Assembly: GCA_029856145.1 (NCBI GenBank)
Contig: JAHQWK010000023.1
Span: 32,001-96,000, forward strand
Length of the DNA stretch: 64,000 nucleotides
Origin: Promethearchaeia archaeon
GTDB taxonomy: Archaea; Asgardarchaeota; Lokiarchaeia; Sigyniarchaeales; SOKP01
Direction: 5' to 3'
Shown here: positions 10,238-21,238 of the stretch, one piece after another
Position numbering within the stretch: the first letter of the stretch is position 1
Layout of the letters: each line of letters starts with the position of its first letter
Notes under the pieces: generated by a model
Databases searched by the model: none
Told to the model about the DNA's origin: nothing
What the model saw: only the letters and a program-made list of their open reading frames with translations
Position numbers and translations under genes: made by a program

Positions 10238-10771
10238 ATGGCAGAAACTAAAGATTTTGTTTTTATATTTCCTATAATCGCTGCAGCAGTGTTATTGATA
10301 TCACTTTTATTCCCAATAATGTCAGTAAGCATATTTTATTCTGGAATTATTGATCCTGCTATAGTTGGAGATTTACTACCATTTGGAGGAGGAATCATGG
10401 ACGAACTTGCTCCATTCCTCTTATTAGTTCCCGAACTATCAAGTCTTCAAAGTGGGTTCTTATTTCTTGGAATTGGTTTTACTGCCTTTTTCATACTTGG
10501 AGCTGTGCTATTAATAGTTTCAGGAATTCGAGTTAAAACCGGCAGAAAAGAACTTAAAAAAGCGAGAAAAAAATGGTTAAGAAATGGATTATCTTATATT
10601 ATATCTGAAATGATATTATTTTTAATTTTGCTATATGGGGTTCCATACGGTTTTCAACAACTTGGGATTGCACTTGAAATAAGCTTTTTTATGGGAATTG
10701 GGATGATTTTAATAATCATTGCAGGGGGAATATTAATTTTAGCATATATCCTCGCAAAAATAAAAGACTAA
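10238..10771 (+). CDS. Membrane protein (about 4 TM), unknown function
   Basis: Four hydrophobic segments. Confidence 0.75.
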   Translation: MAETKDFVFIFPIIAAAVLLISLLFPIMSVSIFYSGIIDPAIVGDLLPFGGGIMDELAPFLLLVPELSSLQSGFLFLGIGFTAFFILGAVLLIVSGIRVKTGRKELKKARKKWLRNGLSYIISEMILFLILLYGVPYGFQQLGIALEISFFMGIGMILIIIAGGILILAYILAKIKD

Positions 10772-10820
10772 TTAAGAATTAAACTTTTTTCTATTTTTTT
10801 AATGATTAACATCAAGCATT

Positions 10821-12629
10821 TTATACTATTTCTTTCATTTTTTCAATATATTCTAAAGTCTGATGTCGAAAATATGTGTTATAAAGCTCTGCATACATCC
10901 CGCCTTTTGTCATCAACTCATCATGATTACCCTCTTCTACAATCTTCCCATGGTCAAGTACAATAATCCTATCTACATGGCGTACTGTCCAGAGGCGATG
11001 AGCAATTATAATTGATGTACGACCTTTTATCGTTTTTTGTAAAGCATCCTGAATTCGAGTTTCGGTGAAAGGGTCAACTGAGGCAGTGGCTTCATCTAAA
11101 ATAAGAATAGTGGGATTTTCTAATAGAACACGAGCAAAAACCACTAATTGACGCTGTCCCATCGAGATTAAACTTCCTCTTTCACCAGTTTTTGTTCCTA
11201 ATCCTCTTGACAAATCCTTTACCCAATCAGAGCCGCTTGTTGATTCCAAAGCATTATATACATCTTTTCTTGTAGCCTTTCTATTACCATATTTTATATT
11301 ATTTTCAATTGTATCTGCCCAGAGGAATGGAGTTTGTGGAATGATCCCTATCTGTTTTCTGTATTCCTTGAGATCAAAATTTCTTATGTTTATTCCATCT
11401 ATTAAAATATCACCCCCTTGAAATTCATAAAATCTCGCTAATAATTTTGCTAAGCTTGATTTTCCAGCACCAGTATGACCAACAATTGCAAGAGATTCTC
11501 CAGAATCAATCTTTAGACTGAAATTCTTGAAAACTTCTTTTGATTCTTCATATTTGAAGGAAAGATTTTTGAATTCAATTTCACCATTAAGTTTGAATGG
11601 TTTTATATTATCTTTTTGAACCACTAAAGGTATTGTATCAATGAGAGCAAATATCCTTTCTGATGCAGCCATACCCGTCTGGAAAGTAGGCCAAAAAGAT
11701 GCTAAAGTTAATAGAGGAAAGAACAGATATGTCAAACCTTGTATAAATAAACTAAACTCTCCCACACTTATACTATTTCCTAAAACACTAGTTCCACCAT
11801 AAAATATTAATAATGTTAATACTATTCCCTGTATGATACCTAATGAAGGAAATATTGCATTTAGTACAAAAGCTCTTCGTAAATTAACTCTATAAGATGT
11901 AGTATTGACTTCATTGAAATTATTATATAATTTATCCTCTTGTCGAAATGTTTTTGCTATTTGAATACCGGAAATACTTTCTTTAACGTATGCATTGACA
12001 GAAGCTAGCGCTCTTTGTCCTAAAAGTGTTTTTAATCGAGCTAATTTTCTAAAGGATAATGCTAAGACAAAAAATAGTGGAAAAGTGATGATAGTGATTA
12101 GTGTTAATATAAGATTGATGAAAGACATAATAATTAGCAAAAATATAATGACCAATATTGAAGAAATTAATTGAAGCGTTAAATCTACAGTTTGTCCGAA
12201 ATCCCGTGAATCAGTATTTGTCCTTGATACTATTTTTCCAATAGGATTTCGATCAAAAAATGAAAGATCGTGATTTAAAACAGCTTGTCCAGCATCTCGT
12301 CTTAGATCTAAAACAACATTTCCGATTACTTGTACAGAATATTTTACAGTAAAATAATTAAAAACCCAAGATAATAGATTTAGTATAAGAATAACACTTA
12401 ATAAGAAAAAGAGATAGGAAATATTTCTAATTGTTTCTAAATTATTAATTGCTAAACTAACAAGAACAGGCACAAAAGCATAAGTAAGTGAAGAAATTGT
12501 TAAGAAAAGAATCACGACTGCCATTGAGCGTTTATATGGGCGGAAATAATGAAAGATCCGTTTTAATAAAACCTTATCTCTATAAACTTTATCATAGCTT
12601 TCTGCTTCCAAGCCAATATACATTCCCAT
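10821..12629 (-). CDS. ABC exporter (TMD + NBD), heterodimer subunit
   Basis: GHTGAGKS, ISMGQRQ, LDEAT, IAHRL. Confidence 0.93.
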   Translation of the reverse strand: MGMYIGLEAESYDKVYRDKVLLKRIFHYFRPYKRSMAVVILFLTISSLTYAFVPVLVSLAINNLETIRNISYLFFLLSVILILNLLSWVFNYFTVKYSVQVIGNVVLDLRRDAGQAVLNHDLSFFDRNPIGKIVSRTNTDSRDFGQTVDLTLQLISSILVIIFLLIIMSFINLILTLITIITFPLFFVLALSFRKLARLKTLLGQRALASVNAYVKESISGIQIAKTFRQEDKLYNNFNEVNTTSYRVNLRRAFVLNAIFPSLGIIQGIVLTLLIFYGGTSVLGNSISVGEFSLFIQGLTYLFFPLLTLASFWPTFQTGMAASERIFALIDTIPLVVQKDNIKPFKLNGEIEFKNLSFKYEESKEVFKNFSLKIDSGESLAIVGHTGAGKSSLAKLLARFYEFQGGDILIDGINIRNFDLKEYRKQIGIIPQTPFLWADTIENNIKYGNRKATRKDVYNALESTSGSDWVKDLSRGLGTKTGERGSLISMGQRQLVVFARVLLENPTILILDEATASVDPFTETRIQDALQKTIKGRTSIIIAHRLWTVRHVDRIIVLDHGKIVEEGNHDELMTKGGMYAELYNTYFRHQTLEYIEKMKEIV

Positions 12630-14468
12630 TTAGGAAACCTCTTTTTGATTAATTAGCTTATTGATATCAATATCAAATTTTTTTATAAATATTTTTTGAT
12701 ATTCTTCTGAAGATTTCAAGAGATCTTCATGAGTACCCATAGCAGAAATTTCACCTTTTTTCAAGACAATTATTAAATCCGCCCATCGAATTTGGGAAAG
12801 TCTATGTGTTATGAGAATTGTAGTTCTATCTTTAAGAATATTTCGAATTGCTCGTTGTATTTTGTCCTCAGTATTTGAATCGATTGCTGAAGTTGAATCA
12901 TCTAAAATGAGAATTTTTGGATCAGAGAGAAAAGCGCGGGCTATTGCTATTCTTTGCCGTTCACCCCCACTTAATTGAACTCCCCTTTCTCCTACATCTG
13001 ATTGATATTGATTTGAAAATTGACTAATAAAATCATTAGCTTGGGCTTCGTTAGCAACTTGAATGATTTCATCCATTGAGGAAGTTCTCCCAAAAGATAT
13101 ATTATTGAATATGGTATCAGAAAATAAGAAAATATCTTGCTCAATAAATGAAATCTGACTTCTTAATGATTCTAATGCATATTCTCGTATATCTAAATTA
13201 TCAATCAAAATTTTCCCTTCATTCACATCATACAAGCGAGAAATCAATTTAGTTAAGGTTGATTTTCCAGACCCAGTAGTTCCCACAAGTGCCACAGTTT
13301 GACCAGGTTGAACTTTAAAAGTAATATTTTTTAATATTGGTTTTTTACTTTCAGGATAGGTAAATGATACGTTTTCAAACTGGATTTCCCCTTTTATTAC
13401 TCTTGTAAAACCTTTTATATTTTCATCAATTTCAGTTTCTCTATTCATTAATTCAAGTAATCTTTCAGAGCTTGTAATGGCTAGTCGAATGATCGCAAAT
13501 ACAAAAATAGAGATAAAAGTTGGAAAACGTAATTGTACTATTAATCCATAATAAGCAATGATTTCTCCTATACTCATTAAATTTAAAAAATTCAAAATGA
13601 TGGCATGAGCAAATCCAAAGGTGATAACTATAGATAATACTAGGATTGGAAGATATTTTGCTTGAACTCTTCCTTGATCGATGTATGCATCTCGATACCA
13701 TTTAGCCTTTGAATAATATTTTTCTATTTCCTTAGCTTCCTGAACGGTAGCTTTAACCACTTCTATTCCAGTGAGAGTTTCATTTAATGTGGCATTCATC
13801 ATTCCAAATGATCCTCTCAATCTTCCTGTGATTGGTCCTAATTTACGAACATATGATCTTAAGAGGAATAAAAAGAGTACAGAAAATAATAAAGGGGCAA
13901 GTATTAATTGAGGCGGATAAAATATGATAATATAAATAAGAGGTACAATTAAAGAGGTAAATGATTCAAAAATCAAAGAAAGTGCGGGACTTATCAAAAA
14001 ATTAAGCATCCTAACATCATCTGTCACTCTTGCCATTAAATCTCCAATTTTTTGTTGCTCATGAAATGATTGACTCTTTCCTAAGAGATTTGTATAAAAT
14101 TCTCTCCTACAATCTCTCTCCATTCTTTGCGCGATGACTTCTCGTAACATGTAATTTGCCAACCTCATTATAGGTGTTCCCACACTTAATAGTAAGATAA
14201 TTGCAGTGTAAAAAGATAACGTAGAATAATTACCGATTAAAAAATCTGATATAGCATTTCCAATTATTACCATTATAATGGAAGATAGATTTGAAGTAAT
14301 TATAGTTGTAAACAAAACAATGATAAATAGGAGTTTATTTGAACCATGAAAAATATGCTTCAATATCCATCTTCGAGAACCTTTTCGACGAGCTTTCTCA
14401 AAAGGATCTTTTCCCGGAGAAAATTCAACATGTCTAGAGGTATTTGCTGGAAAAATTTTAGTAGTCAT
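12630..14468 (-). CDS. ABC exporter (TMD + NBD), heterodimer subunit with degenerate Walker B
   Basis: GTTGSGKS, LSGGERQR, LDDST; abuts its partner gene. Confidence 0.93.
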   Translation of the reverse strand: MTTKIFPANTSRHVEFSPGKDPFEKARRKGSRRWILKHIFHGSNKLLFIIVLFTTIITSNLSSIIMVIIGNAISDFLIGNYSTLSFYTAIILLLSVGTPIMRLANYMLREVIAQRMERDCRREFYTNLLGKSQSFHEQQKIGDLMARVTDDVRMLNFLISPALSLIFESFTSLIVPLIYIIIFYPPQLILAPLLFSVLFLFLLRSYVRKLGPITGRLRGSFGMMNATLNETLTGIEVVKATVQEAKEIEKYYSKAKWYRDAYIDQGRVQAKYLPILVLSIVITFGFAHAIILNFLNLMSIGEIIAYYGLIVQLRFPTFISIFVFAIIRLAITSSERLLELMNRETEIDENIKGFTRVIKGEIQFENVSFTYPESKKPILKNITFKVQPGQTVALVGTTGSGKSTLTKLISRLYDVNEGKILIDNLDIREYALESLRSQISFIEQDIFLFSDTIFNNISFGRTSSMDEIIQVANEAQANDFISQFSNQYQSDVGERGVQLSGGERQRIAIARAFLSDPKILILDDSTSAIDSNTEDKIQRAIRNILKDRTTILITHRLSQIRWADLIIVLKKGEISAMGTHEDLLKSSEEYQKIFIKKFDIDINKLINQKEVS

Positions 14469-14597
14469 TAATTTATTTTATGGTGTTTTGACGCTATAAA
14501 TTGTTTTAAAATTAGAATTAATTAATATTTAAGAGATTTTAGTTTATAATTTATTTCCAAACCACCAAATCCTTTCATAAAATGGTGTGATAATCTA

Positions 14598-14768
14598 ATT
14601 TATATAGAAAAAATTTTTCTCGTAAGACAAAATGAACTTGAAGAGCTTAAAAATTCGATAAATTGGTTAAATTACGAAGGATTAAATATAACAAAAAAAG
14701 GAGAATTAAATAAGTCGCTTGAAAAATTCAAAAAGATAAGAGCCCTGCTAAGGAACTATTTTAAGTAA
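14598..14768 (+). CDS. Possible small helical (TPR-like) protein or gene fragment, 56 aa
   Basis: Open frame IYIEKIFLVRQNELEELKNSINWLNYEG...RNYFK; only an ATT start is available. Confidence 0.3.
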   Translation: MYIEKIFLVRQNELEELKNSINWLNYEGLNITKKGELNKSLEKFKKIRALLRNYFK

Positions 14769-14932
14769 TTTATTGTTTTTTAGTAAAAATCTGAGTAGGA
14801 TGAATAATCCGTCGTGGAATCCTTTCCAAAAATTCATTTTATATTTCAGTATATTAACCCATTAATAATACTCCTTGATACCTATGAAATATTAAAGATA
14901 AATTTTAATATAATTAGTTTTATTAGATAATT

Positions 14933-15079
14933 GTGTCGGATAAAGATATTGCTTATGACGTCAGGTTGGAAGAAAAATTAGAGCTCATAAAATTACAAAT
15001 ATGGATTAACGAAGAGCTACAGCTTCAGCCTCGCCAATTTCATGAACTTATTATCCAAAACTATGTCAAAAAAGGTTAA
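14933..15079 (+). CDS. Possible small protein, 48 aa
   Basis: GTG start; MSDKDIAYDVRLEEKLELIKLQIWINEELQLQPRQFHELIIQNYVKKG. Confidence 0.4.
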   Translation: MSDKDIAYDVRLEEKLELIKLQIWINEELQLQPRQFHELIIQNYVKKG

Positions 15080-15155
15080 AAAAATTAATTTTAAGAAATT
15101 TTTGATCATAAATTTCCCACTTCTTATAAAAATTTAATAATGGATTCATTTATTG

Positions 15156-15440
15156 TCAAAATGGATAATTCTTCTTAGTACTAATTAGAGTAGTCGTTGC
15201 CTCAATCCATTGAGATAATTCTAATTCAGTTCTACAGAATGAAACAATTTTATCTAAATCCTCAAGATTGTTAAAGAAGCACTCTACTAATAAATCCCAG
15301 CCCCCATATACTGGAGTAACATAATTAATCTGCCAATCTTCATTTGAATTGCTAGATTTTAAATCTTTTAGTTTTTCTGTAACTTTCCATTGCGTACCAA
15401 TGATTTTCAATCGAATTAAAATGTATCCACGATAATAGAT
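15156..15440 (-). CDS. Stand-alone Lrp/AsnC ligand-binding (RAM) domain protein
   Basis: PVYGGWDLLVE motif; first beta strand RGYILIRL lies upstream of TTG 15410, so the start is probably non-canonical. Confidence 0.75.
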   Translation of the reverse strand: MYYRGYILIRLKIIGTQWKVTEKLKDLKSSNSNEDWQINYVTPVYGGWDLLVECFFNNLEDLDKIVSFCRTELELSQWIEATTTLISTKKNYPF

Positions 15441-15594
15441 AAGTATTACACCTAATTTAATAAATGACTCAATAACTAAGAGAATTTCATAATAGAGATG
15501 ATTTGAAATTTAATTTTTAAAATTTTTCAAGATTATTATTAATAATTAATTTAAAGATTCTAAAACTTCATTTTTATTTTCTTTTCAATTTATA

Positions 15595-18500
15595 TTACCA
15601 ATACACTTCTTTTAATGTTTCATGGTACTCATTAAGAGATTTAATCTCAACTTTTTTCTTACGAACATTTTCAATAGCATCAATAATAGCTTTAGCAAGT
15701 TGTAGATTAATTATAACAGGAATATTATAATCTACGGCCATTCTCCTTATTTTATATTCATCTTCTATTATTGTTTTAAATAGTTCTTCTACTTTAGTAG
15801 GCATTGGAATATTAATTACCATATCTATATGGCCTTCTTGTAAGCACGCCATTATATTGGGTTCTTTTCCATACTCATGGACTTTATATAATTTTACTGC
15901 TTCAATTCCATTATTCTTCAAAGTTAAAGCTGTATCTTCTGTAGCAAAAATACTAAATCCAAGAGTTTTTAATTTTTTAGCAAGAGGAATAACTTGTTTC
16001 TTCAATTCATCTCCTCCTACAGAAATCAATACATTCCCTCCTTCGATTGGAATGTCCATTTCTGTAGCTTCTAAAGCTTTTACAAGTGCATCTTGAAAAT
16101 TATCTCCGATGATTCCGATCTCGCCCGTTGATGCCATTTCGACACCAAGCAGAAAATCAGCCTTGTCTAATCTCATAAATGAGAACATAGGGGCTTTTAT
16201 ACCAACAAATTCTCCATAAGGGAGTTTTAGAAGCCTTTCTGGAATTTTATTACCCATAATTACCTCAGCTGCTAATCTCATTAAGTTAATTCCTCTTGTT
16301 TTTGATACATAAGGCATACTACGACTTGAACGCAAATTACATTCAATTACATAAACGTCTCCATTTTTTACTAAATATTGGACATTAAATGGTCCTTGTA
16401 TTTTAAGTGCTAAAGCAATCTGATTTGTATATTTCTCTATTACCTCGATAACCTCTTTAGAAACCGTTTGAGGAGGAATTACCATAGTAGCATCTCCACT
16501 ATGGATACCTGCATTTTCTATATGTTCAACAATAGCACCTATTAATACATTTTCTCCGTCAGAAATACCATCACATTCAATTTCTCTGGCGTTAGTGAAA
16601 AATTTAGTTATAACAACAGGATATTCGCTCGAAACAGAAGCAGCAAGATCAAGCGTATCCCTAAGTGTTTTTTCATCATAAGAAACTCTCATAGCAGCAC
16701 CACTTAACACGTAAGAAGGTCTAACTAATACAGGATAACCTACTTCTGTAGCGAATTGTAAGGCATCATTTTTATCCGTTAATGTCTTCCATTCTGGTTG
16801 TTTTATATTTAATTGATCTAACAATGCACTAAATTTACTTCTATCTTCTGCCATATCAATTCTCGAGCCATGAGTTCCAAGAATTTTGAGATTTGTTTTT
16901 CTAAAAAATTCGGAGTATTTTGAAATTTTAGCTGCTAAATTATTTGCGATTTGGCCACCCGCAGATACGACAATACCAGTTGCTTTTTCAAGTTCACAAA
17001 TGTCAAGTACTCTTTCACCAGAAATTTCTTCAAAATATAATTTATCAGATATATCATAATCGGTAGACACAGTTTCAGGATTATAATTAATCATTATTGC
17101 TTGATCAATACCAAGTTTTTTTAAACCCCATAAACAGTTAACAGATCCCCAATCAAACTCAACTGAAGCTCCGATACGATAAGTTCCTGAACCTAATACA
17201 ATTACTTTACTGAGACTTGAGTCATTTTCTTTTTCGAAATCAATATCATGTTCCGAAGCACCATAAGTTAAGTATAAATAGTTAGTAATAGCAGGCCATT
17301 CAGCAGCTAAAGTATCAATTCGTTTAACATATGGTTTAATCCCCAACCTTCTTCTCATTTGTCTTATGAATATTGTATCAACACTCATAATTTTAGCAAT
17401 TTGACCATCAGAAAATCCATATCGTTTAGCTCTTTCTAACCAGTATCGTTTTTCATCATCCCTAGTCTCTAATAAATCAAGATCTTGAAGTTGACGTTCA
17501 ATGTCAATAATATTTTTCAGTTTATATAAAAACCACTTATCTACTCGTGATAAGCGATATATTTCATCAAGAGAAATACCTCTTTTTATTGCTTCAGTAA
17601 TCCTAAATACTCGTAAATCTGTAGGATTTCTTAAAGCATATTTTAATTCATTTATATCTTCAATTGGATCTAAATCATTTGCTACAAAACCTTTCATACC
17701 GATATCAAGCATTCTAATGGCTTTTTGTAAAACTTCTTCAAAAGTTCTCCCAATTGCCATTACTTCACCTACACTTTTCATCTGAGAACCTATTCTACGA
17801 TCGACTCTTTGAAATTTTGTCAAGTCCCATCTCGGAATTTTAAGTACTAAATAATCTAATGCAGGTTCGAAACAAGCGGTTGTAATTCCAGTAATCTTAT
17901 TTTTTAATTCTGGTAATGTGTATCCAATTGCTAGCTTTGCTGCTATATATGCTAATGGATACCCTGTTGCTTTAGATGCAAGTGCGGAAGATCTTGAAAG
18001 CCGAGCGTTTACTTCTATTGCTCTAAACTCTTTAGAAAAGGGATCTAGCCCGTATTGAATATTGCATTCTCCTATAATACCAAGGTTTCGAATGACTCTT
18101 ATAGAAGCTGAACGGAGCATATGGTACTCCTCATTTGTGAGGGTTTGGCTAGGACTTACAACAAGCGATTCTCCTGTATGAATTCCAACCGGATCGAAGT
18201 TTTCCATATTACAATTAATAAAACAGTTATCTTCAGAGTCTCTTACGACTTCATATTCTATCTCTTTCCAACCCCATATACTTTCTTCTATTAAAATCTG
18301 ATGTATTCTTGATTGAGCTAATCCTTTTTTTGCCATTCTTTCGAATTCTTTTATATTATCAACAATACCAGATCCCCTTCCACCCAATGTATACGCTACT
18401 CGTATCATACATGGAAATCCGATTTTTTTTACTGCTTTTAGTGCTTCACTATAAGAATTTACCGCCTGACTTTTACACACTTTAACATTTGATCCTTCCA

Positions 18501-18906
18501 TTGCTTTTACAAAAAGATCTCTATCTTCAGTAACTTCAATAGCTTCGATTGGTGTTCCAAGTACTCTTACATTATATTTCTCTAAAACTCCTGCTTCATT
18601 TAATTCAACACCTACATTTAAAGCAGTTTGACCTCCAAATGCTAATAAAACACCATCTGGCTTTTCTTTTTTTATTACTTCCTCTACGTATTTAACATTT
18701 ATTGGCAATAGGTAAACTTTATCAGATAATTCTGGATCTGTTTGGATTGTAGCAATATTTGGGTTAATTAGAATAGTCTCAATTCCTTCTTCTTTAAGTG
18801 CTTTTAATACTTGACTTCCAGAATAATCAAATTCCCCGGCTTGACCGATACGGATTCCTCCAGATCCTAAGACCAATGCCTTTTTTATTGTTTTATCTAA
18901 TGGCAT
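15595..18906 (-). CDS. carB: Carbamoyl-phosphate synthase large subunit
   Basis: GSGGIRIGQAGEFDYSG, duplicated ATP-grasp, NPETVSTDYD, MGS domain; start at MPLDK. Confidence 0.97.
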   Translation of the reverse strand: MPLDKTIKKALVLGSGGIRIGQAGEFDYSGSQVLKALKEEGIETILINPNIATIQTDPELSDKVYLLPINVKYVEEVIKKEKPDGVLLAFGGQTALNVGVELNEAGVLEKYNVRVLGTPIEAIEVTEDRDLFVKAMEGSNVKVCKSQAVNSYSEALKAVKKIGFPCMIRVAYTLGGRGSGIVDNIKEFERMAKKGLAQSRIHQILIEESIWGWKEIEYEVVRDSEDNCFINCNMENFDPVGIHTGESLVVSPSQTLTNEEYHMLRSASIRVIRNLGIIGECNIQYGLDPFSKEFRAIEVNARLSRSSALASKATGYPLAYIAAKLAIGYTLPELKNKITGITTACFEPALDYLVLKIPRWDLTKFQRVDRRIGSQMKSVGEVMAIGRTFEEVLQKAIRMLDIGMKGFVANDLDPIEDINELKYALRNPTDLRVFRITEAIKRGISLDEIYRLSRVDKWFLYKLKNIIDIERQLQDLDLLETRDDEKRYWLERAKRYGFSDGQIAKIMSVDTIFIRQMRRRLGIKPYVKRIDTLAAEWPAITNYLYLTYGASEHDIDFEKENDSSLSKVIVLGSGTYRIGASVEFDWGSVNCLWGLKKLGIDQAIMINYNPETVSTDYDISDKLYFEEISGERVLDICELEKATGIVVSAGGQIANNLAAKISKYSEFFRKTNLKILGTHGSRIDMAEDRSKFSALLDQLNIKQPEWKTLTDKNDALQFATEVGYPVLVRPSYVLSGAAMRVSYDEKTLRDTLDLAASVSSEYPVVITKFFTNAREIECDGISDGENVLIGAIVEHIENAGIHSGDATMVIPPQTVSKEVIEVIEKYTNQIALALKIQGPFNVQYLVKNGDVYVIECNLRSSRSMPYVSKTRGINLMRLAAEVIMGNKIPERLLKLPYGEFVGIKAPMFSFMRLDKADFLLGVEMASTGEIGIIGDNFQDALVKALEATEMDIPIEGGNVLISVGGDELKKQVIPLAKKLKTLGFSIFATEDTALTLKNNGIEAVKLYKVHEYGKEPNIMACLQEGHIDMVINIPMPTKVEELFKTIIEDEYKIRRMAVDYNIPVIINLQLAKAIIDAIENVRKKKVEIKSLNEYHETLKEVYW

Positions 18907-18910
18907 CAAT

Positions 18911-20044
18911 CTATAACTCCATAAATTCAACAAATTTATCAAATAGATATAAAGAATCTAAAGGTCCAGGGCAAGCCTCAGGATGGAATTGAACCGCAAA
19001 AATGGGTTTGGTTTTATGAATTAATCCTTCATTAGAATTATCATCAATATTTTTAAGGAATTCCTTAAAACCCCCCTTTTCAAAATCCTTAACACAGAAT
19101 CCATGATTCTGAGATGTGATATAACACTGATGAGTTTCTGGGTTTATAACTGTTTTATTTCCTCCCCTATGACCATATTTTAATTTATATGAAGAGCCAC
19201 CTGCTCCTAACCCAATGATTTGATTGCCTAAACAAATTCCCATAGTTGGAATATTATTTTTAATCAAATTTCTAGCAACTTCTATCGCACCTTTATACAT
19301 TGCAGGATCTCCTGGTCCGTTAGAAATGAACACACCATCTGGATTATATTTCATGATTTGATTATAATCATAGTTAAAGGGTACAAGAATGACTTCAATC
19401 CCTCTACCCACAAAATTTCTGAGAATATTGTTTTTAACTCCCAAATCTAACACAACAACTTTCCCTTTTGACTTTGGAGGTATAAATCTCTTAATATTAT
19501 TAGTTGACACCTCGCTTGCTAAATGTCTAAGATTTGGATCTTGAACTTTTTTGACTTCTTCTCTCAATTTATTTATATCAGGCTTTTCCCCTGGATTATA
19601 AACAGCAAGTAACCCTACTTGAACACCCTCTTCCCTTAAAATTTTGGTTAATGCTCTAGTGTCAATCCATTCAATTCCAGGAACATCTTCTTCAAGAAGA
19701 AATTCATTCAGAGTTTTTACACTTTCATAATGGCTTGGATTTTTACAACATTCATTAACTATATACCCACTTATTTTAATTGAATCTGATTCAAAATTTT
19801 TGTGAATTCCAAATTCATCTTTTTCCCAAGCGGGAACTCCATAATTCCCAACAAGAGGGTGAGTCATAACAACAATTTGGCCATGATATGAGGGATCTGT
19901 TAAAGTTTCATTATATCCAGCACCGGTAATTGTGGTGAAAACAATTTCTCCCCCTGCTTTTTTCGTCGCTCCAAAGCCGACGCCTTCAAAATACCTTCCG
20001 TCTTGAAGCATCAAAATAGCTGGTCTTTCTTTCTTATAAAGCAT
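18911..20044 (-). CDS. carA: Carbamoyl-phosphate synthase small subunit
   Basis: TDPSYHGQ, SNGPGDP, GICLG, SQNHGF, QFHPEA. Confidence 0.97.
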   Translation of the reverse strand: MLYKKERPAILMLQDGRYFEGVGFGATKKAGGEIVFTTITGAGYNETLTDPSYHGQIVVMTHPLVGNYGVPAWEKDEFGIHKNFESDSIKISGYIVNECCKNPSHYESVKTLNEFLLEEDVPGIEWIDTRALTKILREEGVQVGLLAVYNPGEKPDINKLREEVKKVQDPNLRHLASEVSTNNIKRFIPPKSKGKVVVLDLGVKNNILRNFVGRGIEVILVPFNYDYNQIMKYNPDGVFISNGPGDPAMYKGAIEVARNLIKNNIPTMGICLGNQIIGLGAGGSSYKLKYGHRGGNKTVINPETHQCYITSQNHGFCVKDFEKGGFKEFLKNIDDNSNEGLIHKTKPIFAVQFHPEACPGPLDSLYLFDKFVEFMEL

Positions 20045-20141
20045 TGACTCTTTTGTAATGTTCTTCTTTTAAATCCTTAAAATAAAGATAGCTAATCCTT
20101 TTTTTTAAGATTATTTATTAACTAGTTAAATAAAGTATAGT

Positions 20142-21233
20142 TTAAATAGAGCTACTTGGTGGTGGTGAGTAAGAAGAATATAATTCTTTTTTAATACTCT
20201 CCCCCTTTGCTTTAAGAAATTCTTGTATAGTGGTTTTTATTGATTGAATTATTGATTCCAGATTAATTTCCTCATAAGTATTAAACCATGAATAGTTTTG
20301 AGTTTTGAACTTTTCTAAATCTTTGGATTCTTGTAAAATTATTATATTCTGGTCAATTAAAAATGATGGATCTAATATATTCTCCTCTCCATCCTCTAGT
20401 TTTTTCACATTTAGGAGCATACACTCAAGTAAATCATCATAGAAAAGAAGTGGAATGTACTTTAACAATTTTGGTTTTATATTATCTAAAGATGAGTCTA
20501 GTTTTTCTAAGTTATCTGGTAAGCCAATTTCAGAAAGATCAAACACATCAAGATTTATGAGTTCTGGATGAAATTGTACCTGTTCTATTTTTTTCATTTT
20601 TTTACGGTATGTTGCTATTTTTTTAGTATACAATTTAACATGGATCTGCAAATGTGTTGTTTCAATTAATATTGAGTTTTCTTCTATTCTCTTTTCGCAA
20701 AGATGTTGAATATTTTTGCAATAGTTTGTTGCCGCAGTTATTAGATCTTCATCATTAAGTTTTGCTTTCAATAAATTATCAACATATGACTTTAAAAATG
20801 CTGAGAAATCATTCTCAAGGTCTAATAATTTAGCATACAGAAATTTTGTAGAATCCCACCATTTTTGTGCTTTTTTGGATGTAAGAGAAAGAGCAAATGT
20901 ATCAAAAGCACGAATTTCTGTGAAATTAATCAACTGTTCCACCCCATATTGAAGAAACATAGTAGGATTGATTATAGCATTGAGATCATCCATAAGTGAA
21001 AAAGAAAGGGGTTCTCTGGGACGAATTAAAAGAGATTGTTCACCATTAAATACACGATCCACTCTCATGGGGAGAGGCATAATTGGATTAGTAATGATCT
21101 TCTTTAATAGTGCCACATCGCGTTCCGATTCAAAACCTGTGAGATCAGGAGGAAAAACTTCTAAATAAAAGAAAAAAGGGGCAGCGTCATATTTGAACGT
21201 TTTAAATTTATTAATTGGTTTAAAAGAGATCAC
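20142..21233 (-). CDS. Hypothetical protein
   Basis: 363-aa ORF 5 nt downstream of the TetR gene; no motif recognised. Confidence 0.8.
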   Translation of the reverse strand: MISFKPINKFKTFKYDAAPFFFYLEVFPPDLTGFESERDVALLKKIITNPIMPLPMRVDRVFNGEQSLLIRPREPLSFSLMDDLNAIINPTMFLQYGVEQLINFTEIRAFDTFALSLTSKKAQKWWDSTKFLYAKLLDLENDFSAFLKSYVDNLLKAKLNDEDLITAATNYCKNIQHLCEKRIEENSILIETTHLQIHVKLYTKKIATYRKKMKKIEQVQFHPELINLDVFDLSEIGLPDNLEKLDSSLDNIKPKLLKYIPLLFYDDLLECMLLNVKKLEDGEENILDPSFLIDQNIIILQESKDLEKFKTQNYSWFNTYEEINLESIIQSIKTTIQEFLKAKGESIKKELYSSYSPPPSSSI

Positions 21234-21238
21234 CTACG

